Below, one piece after another: positions 54,592-64,000 of a stretch of DNA of 64,000 nt. The notes below the pieces were generated by a model, which was not told the DNA's origin, searched no databases, and was given only the letters and a program-made list of their open reading frames with translations. The position numbers and the translations under genes were made by a program. Within the stretch, counting starts at the first letter, position 1; each line of letters starts with the position of its first letter. The DNA comes from Octopus sinensis. Taxonomy: Eukaryota. The stretch is from assembly GCF_006345805.1 (NCBI RefSeq), contig NC_042999.1, forward strand, positions 41,416,001 to 41,480,000, in the 5' to 3' direction.

Positions 54592-54689
54592 TTTTATTCT
54601 TCTTTTTGTTATTCTTATTCTTCTTATAATTATTATCATCATCATTATTATTATTATCATTATTATTATCATTATTATTATTATTATTA

Positions 54690-54905
54690 ATGCGGTGCGA
54701 ATTGACAGAATCTTAACATGTCAGGCGAAATGCCGAGCGGTATATCGTTCGTCTCTACGATCCGCATTCAAATTTCTCCGAGGTCGACTTTGAGTTTCAT
54801 CATTGCGAGTCGATGAAATAAGTACCGGTCACGTACTGCGTGAATGTAATTGATGATCGACATCTGTCAAATGTTCAGATTTTATGCTTATAGTAGAGAG
54901 AATTA
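54690..54905 (+). mobile_element. Diverged OR2-related SINE
   Basis: ...cagaatcttaacatgtcaggcgaaatgccgagcggtat...ttcaaatttctccgaggtcgactttg. Confidence 0.65.
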
Positions 54906-54922
54906 CTATTATTATTGTTACT

Positions 54923-55475
54923 GAGAGCAGTGTGAGAGCAGTGCATGCCATCAAAGTGACACTGGGGTATAATATACGAAGCCCAGTACGCTCATTGTGA
55001 CTACACCTCTGATACGGGTACACCAGGCGCATGCATCACCACCATATGTGCGCGACATGATCTCATATCAAGATAACATGAACTTGCAAGTGAAGGCCAT
55101 TTAATTAGAATTTTCTACAGGTCGACTTAGATCCGGCTCAAAATGTCCTTAAATGAGGGTTGATTACGGATGCTGAACGAAATACCCATTTTTCCAGAGG
55201 TGAATTATTCAAATCCCGATGTATTCCTCTCAGCACAAGGCTATGATACTCCCCCATTGCTCTTGCGCTTGACCACTGATGCACATATCGTCAGCCAATA
55301 AAGGAAAATGCTCAACTGGCTGAGATCAAACAACTGATAAGTAGATATGTGGTACCGAGCAGAATATTTGTCGTAGCCCATCTTTTTATAAGAAGTCATA
55401 ACATGTACATGATATCAGTTCCAGTTTGTTAAGGTCAGAAACTGTGTGAGCAGTGCATCGTACTGCATCAGGGCA
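54923..55475 (-). mobile_element. Unclassified ~560-bp repeat, copy D
   Basis: Aligns with copies C and E. Confidence 0.8.
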
Positions 55476-55642
55476 CTTATTTGGTTTGGCTCAATTTCGG
55501 TCTTTTTCCTGGTAGGAATAATGTGGATAGCAGTTTGCTACCTGTAACCTTAGGTATCCAGAGGTTTTCAAGTCTTTCAAGTGCATAGAACTATGTTGAT
55601 ATTATTATTATTATTATTATTATGATTATTATCATTATTATT

Positions 55643-55675
<33 letters not shown>

Positions 55676-56204
55676 TAGTGCATGTCATCAAAGTAAGACT
55701 GGGTTAAAATATACCCAGTATACCCATCATGACTACCCGTCTGATAAGTGTACACCAGGCACATGCATCACAATCATATGTGCGCGACATGGTGATCTCA
55801 TATCAAGATAGACAGCGCATCACTTTGCAGGTGGGGCCCAGTTAGAATTTTCTTCTGGTCGAGTAGCCCATCCCTCTTAAAATGTCCTTGAATGAGGTTT
55901 GTTTCAGAAAACGCCTATATTGCAAGAGGTGAATTATTCAAATCCCAAAGAATTCCTCTCAGCACATGGTTATGATGCTCCCCCATTACCTCTGCTTGTG
56001 ATCAGAGATGCACATATCGTAAACCACCAAGGTACATGCTCAACTGGTTAAGGTAAAGTAACTAACAAGCAAATGTGTGGTACTGAGCAGAATATTTGCT
56101 GCAGCAAATCTTTTTAAACCATGCGAAAACATGTACATGATAACATTTGAAGCCAGTTAAGATCAGAAGTCATGTGAGCCAGTACCTAGTAATGCATCAG
56201 GGCA
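55643..56204 (-). mobile_element. Unclassified ~560-bp repeat, copy E
   Basis: Aligns with copies C and D; (ATT)n on both sides. Confidence 0.82.
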
Positions 56205-56206
56205 CT

Positions 56207-56250
<44 letters not shown>

Positions 56251-56267
56251 GTTGTTGTTGTTAATAA

Positions 56268-56479
56268 ACGACAAGCTGGCAGAATCGTTGGCACGCCGGG
56301 CAAAATGCATAGCGGTATTTTGTCTGCCACTACGTTCTGAGTTCAAATTTTACCGAAGTCGACCTTGCCTTTCATCCTTTCGGGGGCGATAAATTAAACC
56401 CCAGTTAGTCGATATAACTGACTAACCATCCCTCAAATTTCCGGCATTGCGCCTATACTAGAAGGCATTATTATTATTA

Positions 56480-56510
<31 letters not shown>

Positions 56511-56736
56511 GTTGTTGTTTATATTATTGTTATTATTAAAGCTGTGAGGAGACAGAATCGTTAGCACGCTGAATGAAATTCTTAGCGGTATTTCGTCCAT
56601 CACTACGTTCTGAGTTCAAATTCCGCAGAGGTCGACTTTGGGGTCGATAAATTAAGTATCTGTTGAAGCCTGGGGTCGATGTAATCGACTAGTCCCTTCC
56701 CCACAAACTGCTGCCCTTGTGGCAAAATTTGAAAGG
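56268..56736 (+). mobile_element. Two tandem OR2-related SINE copies separated by (ATT)n
   Basis: Copies at about 56268-56466 and 56539-56736, each with gttctgagttcaaatt...gaggtcgac and an (ATT)n tail. Confidence 0.75.
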
Positions 56737-56825
56737 ATTATTATTATTATTATTGTTGTTGTTGTTGTTGTTATCATTATTATTATCATCATCATCATCA
56801 TTATTATTATTATCATTATTATTAT

Positions 56826-59800
56826 ACACACAACAGATTAGACTGCTGGAAAAGAAAAATCCTAACATCGGGCTACCTTAGGTGCCAAGAGCCCTCCCAA
56901 GTATCCTAGCAATCTCTAAAAGCATTGTTTCCTGGAGTTGTCCTGTACAGAGATTTATGCCTATTTCCTCTATCCGTCTCTTTAAATCTTTAGGGATACT
57001 TCCCAGTGCACCTAAAACTACTGGGATACGATTTACCCGCACTTTCCAGTCTCTGTAATTTAATGGCTAGGTTCTGGTAATTTGATAGTTTCTCTATACC
57101 TCACGTATTGATTCCTTTCTTCACTTAGGACTGTAAAGTCAATTATCTGGCACTTTCTATTCTTTATATTTACTACTACTAAACCACGCATTCAAGCGTC
57201 TATTACTTTGTCAGTCTGAATGTTAAAATCCTATAACATCTTATATTGCTTACTCTCTGGTAGATTACTCAGTTCATGTTCTCACTGTTTATCAGTATGT
57301 TCAAATCCTAGCTTTCTACATACTCCCAGTGAATTACTCTCTTTAGGTTGTCATGCCACTTTCGTATTCTTTCTATGCCAGCACTTACCATATGAGCAAC
57401 GCTTTCCTCTTTTTATATGCATAGCTCACATTGGGAATCTGCTTGTTTTTTTTTCTATCTTGGCTTTTATTCAATTAGTCCTTAATGTTTGATCGTGTGC
57501 TGCTATTAACAAACTTTCTGTCTCACTTTTCAGTCATCCTATATGCAAACATAACCATGTCTCACTACAACTAATTGCTGAAAATATCTTTGGGAATATA
57601 GCATGCAAAGTCTTCCCCTGCCAGTCAGACAATTTCTGTTCATTTTTGTTTTTGAACTTCATTCGGCTTTTTGGTTTCCCTATGTCTTACTGAGACTCAA
57701 GCAGCTTTTAATAAACTTTCTTTACTATTAACTATCTAGGAGTCTATATCTACTCTAGCTAACTCCACGCAGTCTTCTACTGATATTAACCCTCCTTCGA
57801 CTTCCTTTCTAGGTAAGTATAATCTTGCTACTCCTGGCCTTGTATGGAGACATCCATTCATATTGAATTCCTGTCTAGTTATTCTGTCTAGCTTTGCTAA
57901 TTCAGTTTTTGTCCAATCTACAAAAGCTGCTGAGTATCTAATTAATTATGTTGCCCGATTATTTTCAGCATTCCTAGATTCGAACCATTTAGCTTTGACT
58001 TCATTGGCTTCATTACCCTTCTCAATTTTCGTTTTCATTTCTATACTCAGTACTTTGTCAGATTCTAATACTCCTAGATACTTATAACTCTCTCTTCTCC
58101 TTTCAATAATTTTAATGTCTGGTCGTCTGGTAATTGGATGTTTTCATTGTTGACTACCTGTCCCCTTCTCATGACTAATATTGCACACCTATCTATGCCA
58201 AATTCCATTCCTATATCTTTGCTGAAGAGTCTCACAGTCTTTATTAATGAATGTGTCTCTTTTCCTAATAGAGCAAATGGTTAATTTTTCCTTACTATTT
58301 CTAAACTGATAACCTTTCTTTACTTTCCTTAATAATAAACTGAGGGGATCAAATATAAAACAAATATTAAAGGGGGTAGAAAGTCTCCCCGGAAAATTTC
58401 TCTCTTGATGTTAACTTTCGCTAAGAATTTATCACCTGAGTAGAGATCTACTTTTCATTTCATCATGCTAAAGATAATCAATTTTTTTAATATTGTTTGC
58501 TATACTGAATATACTCAACCATTCACTTTTCAATGAGTGTAGGATTATGTCATAGGCTTTCCTACAATCTATCCATGCTATTGTTAGATTTTTCTTTCTA
58601 GCTTTTACTTCTTTTAGATCTGCTTTGTCTATGTATAATAGATCATGCGTTCCTATAGCTTTCTTCCTGCAAACTTTCTGTTCTTCTGTTAGTAAATTCT
58701 GGTTGTCAAGTTGCTCGTAAATGTTTTCTGAAAGCATTCCCGTTAACAACTTGCACACTAATGGTAAGCAAGTGATTGGTCTATAACTGCTAACTGTAAT
58801 GCCCTTGCTTTTATTTTTCATAAGTAGTATTGTCTTCCTTCTAGTCATCCAATCTGGTATTATTCCTCCAACAAGACAATCTTGAAGTTGTCCTCTCAGC
58901 CTCCCATGTAAACTACTAATTTTTTTTAGCCAGTACACTTGAACTAAATCTGGTCCTGGGCCCTTCCAATTCGACAATGCTCATTAATGCACTAGCTAGT
59001 CACTACTTCTTCCCTCACTTCCTTTAACCATACTGCAGAACCTTCTAGCTTCGTCTGCATTAGATTTCTCTTCTTCAGTACTTCCTTCTCCCCTTTATAT
59101 TTGTTTATAAAACGTCCTCTGATCTGTCTCAAATAATCTATTCTGTTGATACTGATTTAATCTTTACTGATATCTGGAGAGCTTGTCTGCTCCTATTATG
59201 ATACGCTGTTTCAATTCTTCTATAAAGAAATCCTTTTTCTTTGACTAAGAATCTTTTCTCAAGAGAAGATTTGCATCTTGTGTTTCCTAACTTGCTCAAT
59301 TTCTGGCCTTCTATTCTAATCAGATATTGTCTTAACTTCTTCACTTTATTTTGTAGCCTTCTTTTCCCCATTTCCTCTTTTTTAATCTTTCCTTGTGGAA
59401 TATCTAATCTAGAAAACGCTAACCCTCTTGCACAAATTAGTGTCTCCTATATTTTTAGTATCTATTCTAATGATAACAGAATCTACTTTCCTCGTCATAT
59501 CGAGCAGCTTCTTTCTGTTGATGCCGCTTTATGCTGGCAATCTTTGTCTTCTTTATTCATTACTTCCTGCGACTCATCTAAAATCTACTGATTTTCCTCA
59601 CTTAAATCACTTAAATCGCTGGTGAAAATTGTCCCTCCCTTATTGGTAATGCTATAATTATTTTTTCCCTTAGGTTTTTCTTTGGTCTGTGCTGTATCTC
59701 TTATGTTGCTTTTTTGTCTTCCTACCGTTTTTTTCTTTATTGTGTTTTGTTTGGGCAACGCAGGCTGCATTCTTCTTAAGGCGGCGAGCTGGCAGAGACG

Positions 59801-60230
59801 TTAGAACGCCGAGCGAAATACTTTGTGGTATTTCGTCCGCCGCTGCGTTCTGAGTTCAAATTCCACAGAGGTCAACTTTCCCTTTCATCCTTTCGGGGTC
59901 GATAAATCATGTACTAGTTACGCACTGAGGTCGATGTAATCGACTTAATCCCTTTGTCTGTCCTTGTTTGTCCTCTGTGTTTAGCTCCTTGTGGGTAGTA
60001 AAGAATTAGGTTGCATTCTTCTTTTGGGTATTGGGCTTGTATGGTTCATGTTGTGGTCTTTGTACATTTTGTTGGGTATTTACTGTATTAGCTTATTCTT
60101 GTATGTTTTTGGAGGAGTGCTGCATAGTAGTGTGTGTAAATCATAAACCAACCATTTCGTAGTATTTATAGTTATCTGTCCATCATTCTTTCTTTTTGGT
60201 TGGTTTTGTTATGTGTCCGTCTTTACAGCG

Positions 60231-60232
<2 letters not shown>
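56826..60232 (-). mobile_element. Decayed R4/Dong-like non-LTR retrotransposon (RT + RLE), with a SINE inserted
   Basis: NWKGPGPDLVQVYWLKK...YRPITCLPLVCKLLTG...EEQKVCRK...AWIDCRKAYD (58468-58977); FSKDIGMEFGIDRCA; RLE end IIDFTV...IPVVLGALGSIP...ARILGRAL*; (TAA)n at both ends; catalytic YMDD segment deleted. Confidence 0.75.
59778..60011 (+). mobile_element. Full-length OR2-like SINE with 12-bp TSD, inserted into the LINE
   Basis: TSD tgcattcttctt at 59766-59777 and 60012-60023. Confidence 0.92.
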
Positions 60233-60305
<73 letters not shown>

Positions 60306-60347
60306 CATCATCATCATCATCATCATGATTATTATTATTATTATTAT

Positions 60348-61330
60348 ATAACTGTTCAATATTTGGTAGTTTGCGGCAAATTTCTACTGCATCACTTGCT
60401 ACACCTCCGATGTCATTGCTGAAAATCTGAACAATTTTGATAGGATTTCTGTTTCGCGATGCTTTTAACGTAAAGGTTTTAGGTCATCCATGTACAGGAG
60501 ATGGTTTAGTTTTTGTCGGTAGCACCTTTAACACATGGTGGTTTCGTTTAACAAGTTTGTTAGCGATATCAGAGAAAGGCAGAGAAGCAGAGGTGACAAT
60601 GAGCCTCCCTGGAAAATCCATCCTCTTATGGTTATAGGGTGTTTTAATAACATGCGAGTTATTTTTTAATGTTATACTGGTTTTCCAGTTTGCAATTGCA
60701 TGTTTGATATATTTTAGTAGTGGCGGGGTTTCCTTATTTGTGTGGAATGATTCCAGTATCCATGAGTGTGGAACCCTGTGGTATGCTTTCTGGTAACCAA
60801 TCAAGTCATGTTCAGGTTTGTCTTTCTCCTCTTACAGTCCTCTATAATTGCTTAGTTTACCAAAAGTCGCTCCCCACAGCCATAAACCCCTCTAGGGCAC
60901 CCTTTTTGTTCTTCTGATAAAACGTTGTTTTCTAGGTGTTTTAAAAACCGGTTATAGATATTGACAGGCATGTTATTGGTCTGTAATTTTATGGCTGTAC
61001 GGTGTCTTCGTTTTGGGGAATTACGGTGATTTGACCTCCCAGCATCCAGTTTTGGTGTTGATTCTGGCCCGCTTATCACTAGGTAATTATGTGTACCGTT
61101 GTGGTGTTTAAACCAGGAGATGGGACCTTATCTATCCCTAGAGTTTTCCAGTTGCTGGTACTCTTCAGAGTGTCCATAATATCTTGTCCTGTGATGGTGG
61201 ACCATATCATTTGTTCTATTGTGTTCTTCATGTCCTTTTCCCTACTAATCCACTGAGCATTTTTTTTTTGTTTGCTCCATACTACTTCCCAGTATCACTG
61301 AATCGCTGATGTTGTAGGCATGGCATCTAT
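60348..61330 (-). mobile_element. Second R4/Dong-like RT fragment
   Basis: LNHLLYMDDLK (YMDD at 60483-60494), YQKAYHRVPHSWILES, EEQKGCPRGVYGC, TSNWK. Confidence 0.72.
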
Positions 61331-61605
61331 TGGTATAGTTTTTTTTGTCTAACTCTCTATAAAATCTTATTGTGTTTCAACATCGACTTTGCTTTCATGC
61401 TTTCGGGATCCCTAAAAGAAGTAACTGACGTGTAAGATAGCGCCCACCTCCAAACTTCAGGCCTTTTGCCTATAGTAGAAAGAATTGTAATTATCATATT
61501 CTTCCTTGAATACTTAGAGTGCCACAAAACATCTTGGGTTATTTTATTTGGCTTCTTACGTTCTGAGTTCAGTTCCTGTCTTGCTTGTATACATTTTATT
61601 CTTAT

Positions 61606-61659
<54 letters not shown>

Positions 61660-61669
61660 TATTATTATC

Positions 61670-61990
61670 ATTTTTTTTTCTTCTTTCAAATTTGCTTCCA
61701 TTTCTTGCCGAGTGTCTTCCCGACTCCTAGGGCAAAGAAACTCATAGTATACATTGGTAGGCCATTAAACCAAACTCAATAGTTTTTTTAAGTTAAATTA
61801 AAATACATGAGCAGCAACAGTTCTCACATCGACAATGCTCTTCTCAATACGTTTGATGTACCAGTTAAGACAATCTTTTGCATTTCTTGCAGGGATGGTA
61901 AGCCAGGGATCATTCTCATATAATTTTCGGTTCCCTTCTTGATCATTCCTAGTGCTCCTACGATCACTGGTATTGTTACCGCCTTGAGAT
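61670..61990 (-). mobile_element. 5'-truncated R4/Dong-like 3' end inside a (TAA)n array
   Basis: PVIVGALGMIKK...LQEMQKIVLTGTSNVLRRAL, then a 3' UTR, then (TAA)n; (TAA)n also on the 5' side. Confidence 0.65.
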
Positions 61991-62304
61991 TATTATTATT
62001 ATTATTATTATTATTATCATTATTATATTATTATTATCATTATTATTATTATTATTGAGGGTCGATTAAAGTACTAGTTGAATACTAGGTTCCATGGTAT
62101 CGACTAGCACGCTTCCTCTCCAAATTGATGGACTTCTACATAAATCAGAAATCACTATCACCGCCATTCTTCTTCTTCTTCTTCTTCTTCTTCTTCTTCT
62201 TCTTCTTCTTCTTCTTCTTTTCTTCTTCTTCTTCTTCTTCTTCTTCTTCTTCTTTTTCTTCTTCTTCCATTTCTTTTTCTTGTTATTGTTGTTGTTGTTG
62301 TTGC

Positions 62305-62364
<60 letters not shown>

Positions 62365-62375
62365 CATTATTATTA

Positions 62376-62410
<35 letters not shown>

Positions 62411-62530
62411 GTTATTTCAAATTCGACCGAGGTCTTTGCCTTTCATCCTTTCAGTCTCGATAAATTAAGTACGCGTGGGGTCGATGTTATCGACTACCAC
62501 CTCTCCCAAATTTGTACCTTTACTAGAAAC

Positions 62531-62595
<65 letters not shown>

Positions 62596-62599
<4 letters not shown>

Positions 62600-62950
62600 A
62601 GAAAGAAAACTCAGGTTTGGTCTTATCCCTGGTAGTAGTTATGTGGGTAGGTGTCCAAACGCTTTTGGCAGTCTTTCAAGTATTTCGAACTCTCCTGATA
62701 ATCCGTGCTGTCCCTAAGAGGCAAACTTTTTGGAGGGCATTCAATTTCAGTCTCCTTCAGCCATTTGTCTATATCTTGGTTTACTGTTCCCTATTCACTA
62801 ATCATTATAGGCACGACTTTTATTGTTCGCATACTCCAAATTCTTTCTCTTTCTTATTTTAATGAATGGTATTTTTTTTGTGCGTGTGTTTTTTTTTTCC
62901 TGCCTCTTTGTTTACGATCCTAGAATCAAATCGGCACGATGTATTGATAA
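62596..62950 (-). mobile_element. Further RLE-LINE 3' end abutting (TAA)n
   Basis: LQKVCLLGTARIIRRV C-terminal motif, then a short UTR and (TAA)n. Confidence 0.6.
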
Positions 62951-62995
62951 GTAAGCTACTTCGCTTTACCTTGTCGATAATCGTTATTGTAATAC

Positions 62996-63403
62996 TTTTA
63001 CTCTTTTACTCTTTTCCTTGTTTCAGTCATTTGACTGTGGCTATGCTGGAGCACCGCCTTCAGTCGAGCAAATCGACCACAGGACTTATTCTTTGTATGC
63101 CCAGTACTTATTCTATCGGTCTCTTTTGCCGAACCGCGAAGTTACGGGGACGTAAACACACCAGCATCGGGGTGTTTGTTGTGGGGAACAAACACAGACA
63201 CACAAACATATACACAAACATGCATATATATACATATATACGACGGGCTTCTTTCAGTTTCCGTCTACCAAATCCACTCACGCGGCTTTGGTCGGCCCGA
63301 GGCTATAGTAGAAAACACTTGCCCAAGGTGCCATGCAATGGGACTGAATCTGGAACTATGTGGTTGGTAAACAAGCTACTTACCACACAGTTACTCCTAC
63401 GCC
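62996..63403 (-). mobile_element. Full-length OR1-like SINE
   Basis: Aligns end to end with 27622-28024. Confidence 0.85.
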
Positions 63404-63602
63404 ACTCCTATAATAATAATCTATTATTTTCTAACTTCTTGTCGGTTTGAATAGGAAAGTGCCTCTTCCATCCTGGTCTCTCCTCAAGTACGGCTGGTTG
63501 ATATCAGCTATCGGTTGGTGGGCTCCATACATCGTCAAAAACTTACTAGATTTTCTGTCAAGTTTCTTTCTATTGTTTCTGGTCCACTCCATAATTTCAG
63601 TC

Positions 63603-63907
63603 GATGCATATGGCTTAGTGGTTAGAGCAGCGGACTCGTGGTCGAGAGATCGCGGGTTCGAATCTCAGACCGGGAGATATGTGTGTTTATGAGTGAAACA
63701 TCAAAGCTCCACGCGGCTCCGGCAGAAAGTAATGGCGAACATCTGCTGACTCTTTCGCCACAACTTTCTCTCACTCTTTCCTCCTGCATCTTGCAGCTCA
63801 CCTGCGACGGACCGGCATCCCGTCCAGGTGGGGAACCTATACGCCAAGGAAACCGGGAAACCGACCCTTATGAGCAAGGCATGGCTCGAGAAGGAACAAA
63901 CAACAAC
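63603..63907 (+). mobile_element. tRNA-headed SINE with a V-domain-like core
   Basis: A box tggcttagtggttagagc, B box gggttcgaatc, core acctgcgacggaccggcatcccgtccagg (resembles the V-SINE motif ctgcgatggactggc..cc.gtccagg), (CAA) tail. Confidence 0.65.
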
Positions 63908-64000
63908 CATAATTTCAACTCCATATCTGGTTAAGGGTACTACTCTTCAATTTATTGCTTCAATAAGAGTTTTTGAATTCAGCTTTGACTACAATAATTT

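Noticed and set aside
63603-63680. tRNA gene calls for this and other A/B-box sequences (14300-14372, 24070, 27950-28024, 36317)
   Set aside because: They continue into SINE bodies and lack a full cloverleaf and acceptor stem
1-64000. CRISPR arrays, rRNA and prokaryotic operons
   Set aside because: No regularly spaced repeat-spacer array or rRNA-like sequence; the window is eukaryotic

Overview
AT-rich, microsatellite-saturated animal genomic DNA. The SINE families look like octopus (cephalopod) tRNA-derived SINEs; this rests on recall of their consensus, not a search. Most ORFs in the track are translations of simple repeats. Supportable content: (1) a full-length ~6.06 kb Helitron (37591-43646) with both termini (A|TC...hairpin-CTAG|T). 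Its Rep-PIF1 helicase gene has an N-terminal STPR-like 23-aa repeat region and is broken mainly by homopolymer indels. (2) One large host coding exon (44441-45682) encoding a Tyr-motif/polyproline-rich, signalling-type tail. (3) An internally deleted mariner with intact TIRs and TA duplication. (4) Decayed non-LTR elements: RTE-like, Tx1/L1-like, Penelope GIY-YIG, and several R4/Dong-like copies embedded in (TAA)n. (5) Many SINEs, two with clear TSDs, and five copies of an unclassified ~560-bp (TAA)n-associated repeat. (6) A type I hammerhead-ribozyme motif one substitution from canonical (7300-7348), a 534-bp loop-less palindrome (1033-1566), and a GC/CpG-rich segment at the window start that does not resemble the rest. 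No rRNA, true tRNA gene or CRISPR array was seen.
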